A stretch of 64,000 bases of DNA from Steroidobacteraceae bacterium (GCA_039917615.1 JBDSJD010000031.1:19718-83717), one strand, 5' to 3'. Numbered from the stretch's first letter, positions 19,701-28,585 are shown. A program made the numbers and translations. Notes: a model not told the origin generated them from the sequence alone.

Positions 19701-20540
19701 GCCTTCGGGCTTCCAGTTCGAACCATATTGAACGCAGTTCGTCTCCAGGAGGGTCGGAACGCAGACCCTCACGCGTATGCTCACCTCATAGACGTTGTAT
19801 TTGGCGCCGCTGTTCAGCGTATGCCAGGCAGGGTTGTAGGCGGTAACCGCGCCGTTGACAAGATCCCCGTCTTCGGTAAAGCGCATCTTGTTGCCCAGTG
19901 CGCGTATCCGCGTTCTGAATTTGCTCCAGGTCGCGGTGGTGGGGACGGGCACGGTAAGCGCAATGTTCGTCGCACTCAATCCGATGAGGTCGCGATCTGG
20001 GAATATATTGGCTTGATTCGGATCCGACGGGTCGATATTCCCATCGGAATACGCTTTTTCAAGAATGGTGGTGGTGGCGGTGTCAGTGGTGCGGTTGCCC
20101 CCTGTCAGGGCCTTGCGAAATGGATCGATGGTCTGCGTGGCGGTCCAGTTCAGGAAATTGCCGCTCCACTGCTTGCTGGCGGCACTGCAGTTGTGATCCG
20201 GACCGGTAACGCTTACGGGGTAAAAATAGCGTGAAGTTTCGGTGGCACTGTAGTTGTAGTTGTAGCACTTGTTCGAGTCGAAATACCCCGTATACGTGTT
20301 GAGCACGACATAGTCGTTGCCGATATTGGCCACGCTGTCGAGCGTCGGCCACTCTACGGACGGCGTCAGGATCAGGTTGCCCGGCACGCCAACAGCCACC
20401 GATAGCGGCACCTGCGACACGGTCTGGGCAACCGTTGTGCCGACAGCCATTACCAGCATTGCCCCGAGCAATGCCGATCGCAAGCGACGGGCACTCGTGA
20501 ACACTATGCGATTTCTCATGAACATTTTCCTCGCAGCCAT
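16782..20540 (-). CDS. pilY1: type IV pilus tip adhesin/biogenesis factor PilY1 (set 1, about 1252 aa)
   Basis: ORF 16782..20849 trimmed to ATG 20540 (TAATG overlap with the pilX stop). Signal peptide present. The C-terminal propeller carries a calcium-site-like [23 protein letters not shown]. Alternative starts lie 5-7 codons downstream. Confidence 0.85.
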   Translation of the reverse strand: MAARKMFMRNRIVFTSARRLRSALLGAMLVMAVGTTVAQTVSQVPLSVAVGVPGNLILTPSVEWPTLDSVANIGNDYVVLNTYTGYFDSNKCYNYNYSATETSRYFYPVSVTGPDHNCSAASKQWSGNFLNWTATQTIDPFRKALTGGNRTTDTATTTILEKAYSDGNIDPSDPNQANIFPDRDLIGLSATNIALTVPVPTTATWSKFRTRIRALGNKMRFTEDGDLVNGAVTAYNPAWHTLNSGAKYNVYEVSIRVRVCVPTLLETNCVQYGSNWKPEGLIQTYSDKLRYSVFAYLNEDNLLRDGAALRARQKFVGPQRLNPATNMWEANTGGTTNKEWNADGTLIQNPDPADAAATPGTSPAITNSGVINYLNKFGQMTTINPASGLYKDHKSYDSVSEMYYAAIRYVRNLANIPEYTTLTGTGANRYNQADGFPVITSWQDPMQYSCQNNAILGIGDTNTWDDQNLKGVLSKSNEPATPALVSADTVNVKTWLDRVATVEGITIPTNPTFNFASNSAYMVGLAYYAHTTDLRTEASMPNKQTVSTHWVDVRENQYLRPKNSNQYWLAAKYGGFTVPEGYDSTTATAALSPSLWNASGENLSSSGTPDLRPDNFYVASEADKMVESLTNAFANISEASLGTAISLAANSTSVDTSGSTRTFQAQFSTDWSGDLSAFAVSASGALAATPAWVASTTSSLAPANWASRSIYTHIPTDNVLVSFAYANLSSAQKTAMGSTTVVDYIRGDRTLEKVNGGTFRTRANGLLGDIVNSTPIFVSKPNPTLYNASMGFPGASTYAGFASAKATRTGVIWVGANDGMLHGFNASNGQEIFAFVPKTAIANGLAAYSTPNYVHKYFVDGEIAIADVYDGANWRTILVGTLGRGGPGAFALDVTNPVAGSGGITLLWDKDGTDIPGLGKNLGKPVIAQTASGVWQVLIGNGPGSSTGTAKLIAINVLTGATTTVNTDGVTTNGLSAVLARDSNGDRFADTIYAGDLKGRLWKITDVAGTPAAATIFTAVDPSAVAQPITAAPLSGKDPATGITWVFFGTGKFFHDTDIGNTQTQTWYGIQDTGVVPTRALTLAQRSVVNYAYDSTTTVRTVTLPSAGDMTGKLGWYIDLPSTGERMVVSNQFQGGALIGTTRIPDGSNVCKPTGKGFIMAINPFTGGRLAKTFFDLNGDGLFNDSDKVVIGGTATTLSGLGFDDGANAPIFLSTSTGSIMYTALDDTNKDQRATQGSAVDTRRLTWREIRN

Positions 20541-21127
20541 TAGGGAAAAGGCCGCCTGACCGTTGTCTGCAACACTACGATGGCGCGGTCGCCGGACAAC
20601 GCTGGGTTGCTGCTTCGCGCCGTAACACGGTAGTACGCGACATTGTCCGGGGCGCCACTGGCGCCGTAGTTGGCGCTGTTGGCATTGGACGTACTGCCGA
20701 ATGTATCGTCGGCAGTGCCAGTGCCGATCAGGTGTATCTGGTACTGCGGCACACCCTGGGTCAGCGCGATGTTTACATTGAACGCGCCCGGGACGTTGAT
20801 CCAGTTGTTGCTGGTTCCCGTAAAGGTGTCCGTGGGCACAATGGCGCATTGATTGTTGCTGGGCGGCGAGCAGTCGAGGCCATTCAAGGTCGCGATCTGC
20901 CAGTCGGCGGTGATGGCCACCTCCGCCGCCCGCAATGCCGACTCGGTGCGCTGGAAGGCCAGCGACCGATCAAAGGTGTTGCCGCTCATTTTTTCCTGCA
21001 GCATGGTGGTGCGCGTTGCCGCAAGGCCAATCAGCGTGGCAACCACCAGCAGGATCAGTGCGACAACCAGGGCCACCCCGCGCTGCCCCCGGGCGGATGC
21101 CGCGACCTCACCAGGCAGCGCTTTCAT
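20540..21127 (-). CDS. pilX: type IV minor pilin PilX (set 1)
   Basis: N-terminus ARGQRGVALVVALILLVVATLIGLAATRT plus FDRSLAFQRTESALRAAE, typical of the PilX_N domain. Confidence 0.8.
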   Translation of the reverse strand: MKALPGEVAASARGQRGVALVVALILLVVATLIGLAATRTTMLQEKMSGNTFDRSLAFQRTESALRAAEVAITADWQIATLNGLDCSPPSNNQCAIVPTDTFTGTSNNWINVPGAFNVNIALTQGVPQYQIHLIGTGTADDTFGSTSNANSANYGASGAPDNVAYYRVTARSSNPALSGDRAIVVLQTTVRRPFP

Positions 21128-22164
21128 GGCAGTCGATTCCTCAGGGAAACCAGATAGTTGTAGTCCTTCGAGATGCGGCCGCTGTTCAGTGCGTTGTTGG
21201 TAGTGACGCCGATAGCACTGCTTTGCGCGGTAATCCGTATCAATACAGTCGAGATGACCGACCAGTCGGGCACCGGTGCTGCACTGGGGTGAATGGTGTC
21301 CGAGCCAGTGGCCCGGTACTGAATCTCCATGTCGGTGATGCCAGCCACCACCTCTTCCGTGAGAACCGTCGGCTGGTTCGCGACAACGCTCAGGCGCCGG
21401 CGGAACAGCGACAGGCCACCTTCAGCGGCACGCCCGTTGTTGCCGATGTACCAGTCGGTCGCGACTAGGCGTCCGATCTGCGAATTCCTGGGAAACGTAT
21501 ATGTGTTGCCCGTGACACTGGCGCAACTGGTCGGAATGCCCAAACCCTGTGAGCAGTTGCCTGGCGTGCCGACGCCATTGTTGTGGAACACCGAAACAGT
21601 GCCCCCCGCTGAAGTGACGGAGCTTGCCTGGAAGATTGTCGCGTGGTCGAAATCGCACACCAGCATGATCTCGCCGGCGACGAAGTCGGAGGCTGCGGCG
21701 GGGATATCCAGACGCCACGCTGCCGGGAAGTGCTGGCCGATGGACATTCCCGTCCCGTCCATGCTCTCCACGCGAATGGAGTCAGTGCCCGCAACGCGTT
21801 CCCCAACGCCAGTGCCAAAAGCCACGGCCGAGTCCGTCTGGGATGAGTCGAATCCTCTTATTCCAAACCAGCTCTGCCACCACAGCGCGGTCGATGCCAG
21901 CACGTTGGCAGTGCCGGTACTGGTTCCACAACCATTCCCGTCGGCTTGCCGGATGTCGTGTGCGAGCAGCTCGTAGGCGGTACGCGCGCTTTCCTGTACC
22001 TGCGACAGGCCCTCGGTCGTGCTGTAGGTGCGCTTGTTGGCGAGCATCACACCCATCACGCTGCCGACGATCACAAGGCCCAGGACCATGGAGATCATGA
22101 GTTCAATGAGGGTGAATCCGCGGGCCCGGCTCGCCGGCCACCTTGCAGTTGCATTGCTGGTCAT
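21124..22164 (-). CDS. pilW: type IV minor pilin PilW (set 1)
   Basis: ORF trimmed to ATG 22164 (ATGA overlap with the pilV stop). Prepilin motif SRARG/FTLIELMISM, followed by SQVQESARTAYELLAHDIRQA. Confidence 0.8.
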   Translation of the reverse strand: MTSNATARWPASRARGFTLIELMISMVLGLVIVGSVMGVMLANKRTYSTTEGLSQVQESARTAYELLAHDIRQADGNGCGTSTGTANVLASTALWWQSWFGIRGFDSSQTDSAVAFGTGVGERVAGTDSIRVESMDGTGMSIGQHFPAAWRLDIPAAASDFVAGEIMLVCDFDHATIFQASSVTSAGGTVSVFHNNGVGTPGNCSQGLGIPTSCASVTGNTYTFPRNSQIGRLVATDWYIGNNGRAAEGGLSLFRRRLSVVANQPTVLTEEVVAGITDMEIQYRATGSDTIHPSAAPVPDWSVISTVLIRITAQSSAIGVTTNNALNSGRISKDYNYLVSLRNRLP

Positions 22165-22622
22165 ATCTGCACCGACGTCTGGATGCTCAGCGTCCCCAAG
22201 GCCGCTGTATTGTTCGAATGTTCTTCCCACTGGACAGTGATGAGGCACAGGTTCCCGGTGCAATCGATCGCACCTTTTGCGTTGGCACCAAGTTCAGTTC
22301 TTAGATTTGAGCGCCAGCCGGCAACTACCGCAGCGGCATAGGTGCCCCCGGCCGGATCGGCAGCGTTGAGCGAAATATCGAATACGTTAGCGGCGGCGTT
22401 GACGCGATCGCCACGCAAGGCATCGGCAATGGCATGCGTTGCGACCACTGCCACGCCGCGCTCCAGCGCGCTCTGGTTGTTGCGCAGCGTGCGCATCTGC
22501 AGCCCTGCGAGCCCCAGCATGCCAATAGAGAGGATGACTGCAGCAACCAGTACTTCAACCATGCTGAAGCCGCGCTCGGCGGTAAATGATCGACCGCAGG
22601 CAGAATATCGTGCATGCGTCAT
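22161..22622 (-). CDS. pilV: type IV minor pilin PilV (set 1)
   Basis: Trimmed to ATG 22622 (ATGA overlap with the upstream stop). Motif ERG/FSMVEVLVAAVILSIGMLGLAGLQ. Confidence 0.8.
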   Translation of the reverse strand: MTHARYSACGRSFTAERGFSMVEVLVAAVILSIGMLGLAGLQMRTLRNNQSALERGVAVVATHAIADALRGDRVNAAANVFDISLNAADPAGGTYAAAVVAGWRSNLRTELGANAKGAIDCTGNLCLITVQWEEHSNNTAALGTLSIQTSVQI

Positions 22623-23182
22623 GGGCATACTCCCGACACGCGGGTAACTGCTATCCGGCTGCCGGCGCCAAGGGTGATCAGTCTTTGATTGTTCGTCAAA
22701 GAATGATTTGAACACACCGTGATCGTCTGGCCGTTTATCAGCCCATTGTTTGTTCGCGCCAGGCCATCGGACGCAAATGTGACCTGATTGCTGGTCAGCG
22801 TGTTTTTTACGACGATGTTTCCACCAAAGTTTGGTAGTTCACCGCGGCGCAGGACCGCTCCCGCTGGATTGCGGACTATCCAGAATGGCCAGCTGCCCGT
22901 TGCACTCGAGCAAGTGGTGGCACCATCGGAGTCCGCCCGGCAGAAAGTGATGCCCTGGTTCGATTTGATCGCCTCTGAACGTGCGAACATCATGGCAGCC
23001 ACCATGTCGTTGGCATCTTCCGTCAGGCGGTTACTGGCGATGATTTCGCGGAACGTGGGAATTCCAATGGCCATCAGTAGCGCCGCGACAGAGAGAGCCA
23101 CCATCAGTTCCACGAGAGAGAAGCCGGCGGCAGACGCACGCGTGCCGCCGGGCCTGTCGAAGCTTTCGCGTAGTAGTTCCAT
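22619..23182 (-). CDS. FimT/FimU-type (GspH-domain) minor pilin (set 1)
   Basis: Trimmed to ATG 23182. Motif AAG/FSLVELMVALSVAALLMAIGIPTF, then the GspH-like ASNRLTEDANDMVAAMMFARSEAI. Confidence 0.75.
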   Translation of the reverse strand: MELLRESFDRPGGTRASAAGFSLVELMVALSVAALLMAIGIPTFREIIASNRLTEDANDMVAAMMFARSEAIKSNQGITFCRADSDGATTCSSATGSWPFWIVRNPAGAVLRRGELPNFGGNIVVKNTLTSNQVTFASDGLARTNNGLINGQTITVCSNHSLTNNQRLITLGAGSRIAVTRVSGVCP

Positions 23183-23321
23183 GCGCTGATCCTGCCTCGA
23201 CTGCCGGGCGCGAGCGGGCTTGTCCGACCAGCGGTGCAACCGTCCCGACGAAAGGTCACGAGAGCTCCCCCAGCCACCGGAGTACTGGACATAAGAACGC
23301 GTGGGAGGGGGAAAGGAGGGG

Positions 23322-23397
23322 TGGTGCCGTTTCGCGGAATCGAACCGCGGACCTACCGCTTACGAAGCGGTTGCTCTACCAGCTGAGCTAAAACGGC
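23322..23397 (-). tRNA. tRNA-Thr (anticodon CGU)
   Basis: I folded the reverse complement by hand: GCCGTTT-TA-GCTC-AGCTGGTA-GAGC-A-ACCGC-TTCGTAA-GCGGT-AGGTC-CGCGG-TTCGATT-CCGCG-AAACGGC-A-CCA. It is 76 nt with all stems paired and an encoded CCA. Confidence 0.9.
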
Positions 23398-23515
23398 ACT
23401 GGGCTTGCAGAGCTTCGCCAGTACTGGCCGCGCATTCTAGGGAAACCGCGCAATACGGGCAAATCCGCTAGTTTCGCAGCTGGCCGTGCTGTGGGGGTCC
23501 GATCAAGCTGCCTGC

Positions 23516-24037
23516 ATGCGTTGCCGTGCCTTTTCCCTGCCTGAATTGCTCGCTGTGCTGGCGATAGCCGGCGTGCTGCTCGGCCTTGCGTTGCCATCGT
23601 GGGGCTATCAACTCGCGGCAGCCGCCACCCGCGCCAGCGCCAGTCAAGCGCTGTCGGGGCTCGCTCTGGCCCGGCGCACTGCCCTTGCCAGCGGCCACGC
23701 GGTGACCATGTGCCTCACAAAAGACCTGAGGCGCTGCGACCTGGGCGGGCGCGAGTGGATGTTGTTCATGAATCAGCAGGTCGGATCGCTGCAGCACCGG
23801 GAAGACGGAGAAAAGCTGCTCCGCCGTTGGCCTCTGCTGAAAGGGGTTCAGGTAGGCGCCACGCGCGCCTACGTCTGGTTCCAGGCGCAACCGCGAGCCG
23901 CAGCCACCGTCACCCTGCAGTTCTGTCATCCTGCGGCAGCGACGGCCCGTCGCACTGTGGTTGTCAGCCAGACCGGGCGCGCGCGTGTCAATTACGGCGA
24001 CGTGACCAGCAACTCTCCTCAGTCCCGGTGCCCGTAA
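23516..24037 (+). CDS. FimU/FimT-type (GspH-domain) minor pilin (set 2) with an atypical cleavage site
   Basis: ORF 23486..24037 trimmed to ATG 23516. N-terminus is MRCRA/FSLPELLAVLAIAGVLLGLALPS, with Ala at -1, Pro at +4 and Glu5 retained. GspH-like body. Confidence 0.7.
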   Translation: MRCRAFSLPELLAVLAIAGVLLGLALPSWGYQLAAAATRASASQALSGLALARRTALASGHAVTMCLTKDLRRCDLGGREWMLFMNQQVGSLQHREDGEKLLRRWPLLKGVQVGATRAYVWFQAQPRAAATVTLQFCHPAAATARRTVVVSQTGRARVNYGDVTSNSPQSRCP

Positions 24038-24428
24038 TTCCCTGCTTGCCCGACTGGTTCAACGTGAAAGCACCGCACTCGGTATCTTCCGCCTGCAGTG
24101 CCTGTGGTGTTGCTGTAAGCAGGAACGTCCTGGCCTCAATGTCACCAGAGATCAGATATGCACCCTGCGGCGTAGCCTGCGGCAGATTCACGCAAATATT
24201 CTGCGCGTTGTCAGCAAGTGCGTAGTTGTTTGTGCGTGAGAAGCAGCGCTCAAGACGCTGCGCGAGTTCCATGAGGTCACGCTGCGCATCCATTCGCGTG
24301 AAGCGCATGGCGTATTGGCGGTGGGCCGGAATCGAAATGACCACCACGCTGGTCACCAGCACCATCGCGACCATCCACTTGATGATCGTCAAGACCCGTT
24401 TGCGGGGATTGCCTGGTGTGCGGGTCAT
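23988..24428 (-). CDS. PilE-like pilin paralog lacking a prepilin peptidase site
   Basis: ORF 23988..24527 trimmed to ATG 24428. The body aligns with PilE (IPAHRQYAMRF...LERCF...CGAFTLNQSGKQGITGTG..SCW). The N-terminus is KRVLTIIKWMVAMVLV, with no Gly-1 and Lys in place of Glu5. Confidence 0.55.
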   Translation of the reverse strand: MTRTPGNPRKRVLTIIKWMVAMVLVTSVVVISIPAHRQYAMRFTRMDAQRDLMELAQRLERCFSRTNNYALADNAQNICVNLPQATPQGAYLISGDIEARTFLLTATPQALQAEDTECGAFTLNQSGKQGITGTGTEESCWSRRRN

Positions 24429-24542
24429 CTTCGACTGATTGTATTCCGTGTTGCGATCCAGATCGAATGACGAACAAATGTCCGAAGCCCGGCAGAAATG
24501 CGGCTGTCGCGGCCCGTGCCGACGCACCTAAGCTCACACTGC

Positions 24543-24974
24543 ATGCACAGCATTACACCAGCACGAGACATTTCCGGCTTTGCGCTGATCGAAGCGCTGG
24601 TCGCGCTGCTGCTGCTGGCTATCGCCATGGTGGGTACAGCCACGGCGCTGGTCGAGTCCCTGGCGGGACAAAGGACAGCACTGACGCAGACACAGGCCGC
24701 AGACCTTGCCGGCAATCTGGCTGAGGCGCTGCGCGCAGCGCCCGATGGCGCCACCGCTGCTGCAGAGATCCAGGCCTGGCGCGTTGCGGCGCTCGCCGTA
24801 TTACCGAGGGCAGAACCGACTGCGGTGGCCAGGAATCAAGTGCAAGCCAGGTCCGGCATGCTCACCATCCCCGCCCGCTTCGACATCCGCCTTCAGTGGC
24901 AGGATGCTCCCGGGCGCACTGCGTCACGGCTCACCCTTCCGTTAGCGTTCAATCCTGCAGCTGCGCCGTACTGA
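24543..24974 (+). CDS. pilV: type IV minor pilin PilV (set 2)
   Basis: Trimmed to ATG 24543. Motif DISG/FALIEALVALLLLAIAMVGTA. Confidence 0.75.
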   Translation: MHSITPARDISGFALIEALVALLLLAIAMVGTATALVESLAGQRTALTQTQAADLAGNLAEALRAAPDGATAAAEIQAWRVAALAVLPRAEPTAVARNQVQARSGMLTIPARFDIRLQWQDAPGRTASRLTLPLAFNPAAAPY

Positions 24975-24980
24975 AATATC

Positions 24981-25733
24981 ATGCGCGGAGCCACCCTGAT
25001 CGAATTGCTGATTGCAATGCTTCTCGCGGGCGTCGCGGTCGCGGGCGCACTGACTGGTCTCGCCCATGCACAACGCGTCTGGCGCGACGCGGAACGTCTG
25101 GCACGAATGCACGAACGTGCGCAGTATGTTTTCGGCACGCTTGAGCCCGAACTACAGATGGCTGGCTACTTTGGTTCAGGCGAAACTGCGCAGCTCAACG
25201 ATGCCGTCACTGCCGCTTCAGGCGGGGGGACCACCTGTGGCATTGCCGCCGTATTGCCGCTGCAACCAGCAGTGCGTGTGCTTGAGGGCAACTGGTCATT
25301 ACCATGCGCCGCTCATGGCCAGGGTGCGAAACCAGACAGCGATACACTGATCGTGCGCCGCGCCTCGACCCGCATCGCGGCTACGGAAGACGGCGCGCTG
25401 CAGCTGCTGACCGGCGCAACCCCACCGGAACTGCGCGACCTTTTCGTGCGCATCTACTACATCGCCCGCGCGGCCGACGGCGACGCGCGCACACCTGCCC
25501 TGCGCGTTAAATCGCTCACTGCGGTGGCAGGCGCACCGGCATTTGTGGATACGGAGGTGATGCCGGGCGTCGATGATCTGCAGATTGAACTGCGGCCGGA
25601 CAGCATCGCACCGCGTTCGGTGCTGGTCCGGCTGCGTATCATGGCAGATCCCGCAGACATCCGAGCCGGCGAAATGCCGCCAGTGCTTGCACTCGAACGC
25701 CGCTTCAGTATTCGCAATGTCGCTTCGTCCTGA
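24981..25733 (+). CDS. pilW: type IV minor pilin PilW (set 2)
   Basis: MRG/ATLIELLIAMLLAGVAVAG, then ERAQYVFGTLEPELQMAGYFG. The position after pilV supports the call. Confidence 0.7.
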   Translation: MRGATLIELLIAMLLAGVAVAGALTGLAHAQRVWRDAERLARMHERAQYVFGTLEPELQMAGYFGSGETAQLNDAVTAASGGGTTCGIAAVLPLQPAVRVLEGNWSLPCAAHGQGAKPDSDTLIVRRASTRIAATEDGALQLLTGATPPELRDLFVRIYYIARAADGDARTPALRVKSLTAVAGAPAFVDTEVMPGVDDLQIELRPDSIAPRSVLVRLRIMADPADIRAGEMPPVLALERRFSIRNVASS

Positions 25734-26157
25734 CTCTCTGCACTTTGCCAACAGGGGCTTCGTGCTGCCTGTAGTAATGGGCATCATCCTGCTTGCGGCG
25801 CTGTATGCGGTAAGCGCCGCGACTGATCTTGGCAGCGCGTCCGTGCTCGCTACCCAGCGCCTGCTGCATCAGCGGGCATTTGAGGCTGGAGAAAGCGGCA
25901 TCGTCGCGGTGCTGGATCAGCTGCGTTCAGGCGCGGCGCCGCCGGCAGCACAACAGCTGCGGTCAGACGAGTACGCGACCGACGCTGCGACGGTGGAATC
26001 CACGATTACCGCGGTAGTCGCTATGCCCAACGGCTTCAGCGCCGGCCGCGTGCTCGAAAGAGACTACGAGATCAGCAGCACCGGACACAGCGCGCGCGCC
26101 ACCAACGTGACCGTAGTGCAGGGCGTACGGCAACTGCAGGCGCTGCCTGCGCCATGA
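25717..26157 (+). CDS. pilX: type IV minor pilin PilX-like (set 2)
   Basis: ORF 25573..26157 trimmed to ATG 25717. ANRGFVLPVVMGIILLAALYAV, then LHQRAFEAGESGIVAVL (PilX_N-like). Overlaps the pilW end by 17 nt. Confidence 0.65.
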   Translation: MSLRPDSLHFANRGFVLPVVMGIILLAALYAVSAATDLGSASVLATQRLLHQRAFEAGESGIVAVLDQLRSGAAPPAAQQLRSDEYATDAATVESTITAVVAMPNGFSAGRVLERDYEISSTGHSARATNVTVVQGVRQLQALPAP

Positions 26158-27200
26158 GACGCGCGTGCATCGTGCTGACACTTTACCTCGGCTGCGCCAT
26201 GGCCTTGCCCTCGCTGGCTGCAGCGACAGGCTGCCGCGCAGCAGCTCCAATTACCTTGCGGGTGCGGTTTGCCGGAGAATCGGCACGCGCTGTGCTGCTC
26301 GAATCAACCACACCAGGCGGCCTGCGACTGGTGGATCCCGCGACGAAAAATGAACTCTGGTCAGCGGGTCCGGGTGCCGGAAAGACGCAGCGGATTTCCG
26401 GCATGGACGCCAGTTTCGGTGCCAGCCTTGCAGCCGTGCACCTGGATGCCGACGGCGTACATGATCGTGTCTATGCCGGTGATCAAGCCGGCCGACTGTG
26501 GCGCTTGGAACTCCGCGCCGGCGCTCCCCCGTCCGCGTGGATGCGCGCTTCCGTGCTGGCCGATCTGGGCGCGCCCGGGCGCGGCTTCGTTGCAGCACCA
26601 GATATCACGCGCATCGAAACACCGGCGGCAGGTTCGTGGCTGAATATCGCCATCGGAACTGCGAACACAGGCGCGCAGCAGGCAGAGCACCGCTTTTACG
26701 TGTTGCGTGATGCGCTGGTTGTCGCAGGCCCCGCAGCGCCGCTGACCGAGGCAGACCTTGAACCTCTGATGCCGCCGCTGGGAGTCACCGGCGGCGGCGC
26801 GCCCGGCTATTACCTGCGCCTGGGCAGCGCGCAGGTACTGGCGCAGGCGCTGACACTGGACGGCCACATCCACTTCACCGTGGCCGAAACCGGGCGCAGC
26901 CTGCTGGCCGGATGTGCCCCGGGCACGCTGCCGACTACTGCGGTGCCGCTGAGTGTGACGGTGTTGCGCGCCAGAGATGGCGAGGTGGCATTAAGCCACA
27001 ACACTGATCGCAGCGATCAGCGCATTCTGCGTCGGGTGCTTGCCGGCGCGATGCCGGCCAACGCCGGCGTGGAACTCGCAACAGCGCAGCGTCAAGCCGA
27101 TGGACGCGTGCCCTGCCGCGTCGATGTCGAAACCCTGCCGGAGTGTTCTCTCGATACCCAGCCGCGGCGCACCTGGTGGCGGCGGGAGGATGCCGACTGA
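26154..27200 (+). CDS. short PilY1-like beta-propeller protein (348 aa, set 2)
   Basis: Signal peptide. DADGVHDRVYAGDQAGRLWRLEL matches the PilY1 C-terminal calcium-site region of set 1. ATGA coupling to pilX and TGATG coupling to pilE. Confidence 0.65.
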   Translation: MRRACIVLTLYLGCAMALPSLAAATGCRAAAPITLRVRFAGESARAVLLESTTPGGLRLVDPATKNELWSAGPGAGKTQRISGMDASFGASLAAVHLDADGVHDRVYAGDQAGRLWRLELRAGAPPSAWMRASVLADLGAPGRGFVAAPDITRIETPAAGSWLNIAIGTANTGAQQAEHRFYVLRDALVVAGPAAPLTEADLEPLMPPLGVTGGGAPGYYLRLGSAQVLAQALTLDGHIHFTVAETGRSLLAGCAPGTLPTTAVPLSVTVLRARDGEVALSHNTDRSDQRILRRVLAGAMPANAGVELATAQRQADGRVPCRVDVETLPECSLDTQPRRTWWRREDAD

Positions 27201-27631
27201 TGCGCGGATTCTCGCTCATCGAACTGCTGGTGACGTTGGCCATCGCTGCAGTGCTGGCTGCGCTCGCCCTGCCCGGCTATTCGCATGTGATCAATCGCGC
27301 GCTTAGACAGGATGCGCGGCTGGCGCTGCTGCGCATTCAGCACCGGCAGGAAGGTTTCTTCGCCAACCACTTGATCTATTCGGCAACCCTCGACAACAAC
27401 CCGTCGGGACTTGCGATGCCGGCGCGCAGTGACAATGGTTACTACCTACTCGAGCTGCAGACTTCGGCGGACGGTACGGCATACACCGCCCTGGCACGGG
27501 CGGACCCAGGCGGGCGACAGGCCACTGACCTGCACTGCATGCAACTTTCCATCGACGCGACCGGCCGGCGACGTTCTGCCGACGCAGCCAACAACTGGCG
27601 CGACGACGATCCCTGGCGCTGTTGGGGCTGA
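27200..27631 (+). CDS. pilE: type IV minor pilin PilE (set 2)
   Basis: ORF 27143..27631 trimmed to ATG 27200. MRG/FSLIELLVTLAIAAVLAALALPGYS, with a C-terminal Cys pair (HCMQL...WRCWG). Confidence 0.8.
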   Translation: MRGFSLIELLVTLAIAAVLAALALPGYSHVINRALRQDARLALLRIQHRQEGFFANHLIYSATLDNNPSGLAMPARSDNGYYLLELQTSADGTAYTALARADPGGRQATDLHCMQLSIDATGRRRSADAANNWRDDDPWRCWG

Positions 27632-28585
27632 TCAGCTCCGGCTGGGCGCTGCAACCCGCAGGCTGCGCGGCAGACTGAACACCACATTCTCTTCGCGTCC
27701 GACGATCTCGCGTGGCGCCGCTCCGCCCCAGGAACGCAGCCGCTCCACCACCTGCTGCACCAGCAGCTCCGGAGCCGAGGCACCGGCCGTCACACCGACC
27801 GCGGCACGACCAGCAAACCACTCGCGTTGCAGGTTGTCCGGGCCATCGATGAGATAGCCGGGGATTCCCGCCCGATCAGCCAGCTCGCGCAGCCGGTTGG
27901 AATTGGAGCTGGTGACGGAGCCCACCACCACCAGCACGTCGCAGTCCTGCAGCAGGCGCTTGACGGCGTCCTGCCGGTTTTGCGTGGCGTAACAGATGTC
28001 CTCGATGCGCGGCGCCTGCAACCCCGGAAAGCGGCTGCGCAAGGCATCTACGATGGCCTGGGTATCGTCGACGGACAGCGTGGTCTGAGTGACGAAGGCC
28101 AGGCTTTCGGGTCGTCGCACCTGCAGCCGCATCGCGCCGGCCACATCTTCCACGAGGTGGATCTGCCCGCCATGAGAAGCATCGAAACGACCCATGGTGC
28201 CTTCGACTTCCGGGTGACCCGCATGCCCGATCAGCACCACGTCACGCGCGTCACGCGCATAGCGCGCGACTTCCAGATGCACCTTGGTGACCAGCGGACA
28301 GGTGGCGTCGAAAACCTGAAAGCCGCGGGCGCGCGCTTCATTCTCGACGGCGCTGGACACACCGTGCGCGGAAAATATTAGCGTCGCCCCAACGGGCACT
28401 TCATCCAGCTCCTCGATAAAGCGCGCGCCGAGCGCGTGCAGCCGATCGACCACATGCTTGTTATGGACCACCTCGTGCCGCACATAGATGGGCGCGCCGA
28501 ACAACTCGATGGCGCGCTCCACGATGTCAATCGCGCGATCCACGCCGGCGCAGAAACCGCGCGGGTTCGCCAGCAGTATCTGCAT
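27632..28585 (-). CDS. ispH: 4-hydroxy-3-methylbut-2-enyl diphosphate reductase
   Basis: [19 protein letters not shown] is colinear with E. coli IspH from ATG 28585 (the GTG at 28597 is an alternative start). Conserved Cys and His residues are present. Confidence 0.95.
   Translation of the reverse strand: MQILLANPRGFCAGVDRAIDIVERAIELFGAPIYVRHEVVHNKHVVDRLHALGARFIEELDEVPVGATLIFSAHGVSSAVENEARARGFQVFDATCPLVTKVHLEVARYARDARDVVLIGHAGHPEVEGTMGRFDASHGGQIHLVEDVAGAMRLQVRRPESLAFVTQTTLSVDDTQAIVDALRSRFPGLQAPRIEDICYATQNRQDAVKRLLQDCDVLVVVGSVTSSNSNRLRELADRAGIPGYLIDGPDNLQREWFAGRAAVGVTAGASAPELLVQQVVERLRSWGGAAPREIVGREENVVFSLPRSLRVAAPSRS

Noticed and set aside
23247-23255. AlgR-like box (CCTTTCGTC on the minus strand, 8/9 to my recollection of the CCGTTCGTC consensus) about 65 nt upstream of the set-1 fimT-like gene
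   Set aside because: A single 9-mer with a mismatch cannot be distinguished from chance in 64 kb. My recollection of the consensus is also not firm enough to support a feature call.
23183-23515. tRNA-Thr as an integration site explaining the acquisition of pilin set 1
   Set aside because: No integrase and no flanking direct repeats of the tRNA end are visible. The lower GC of set 1 is noted in the findings, but a tRNA-targeted insertion cannot be supported.
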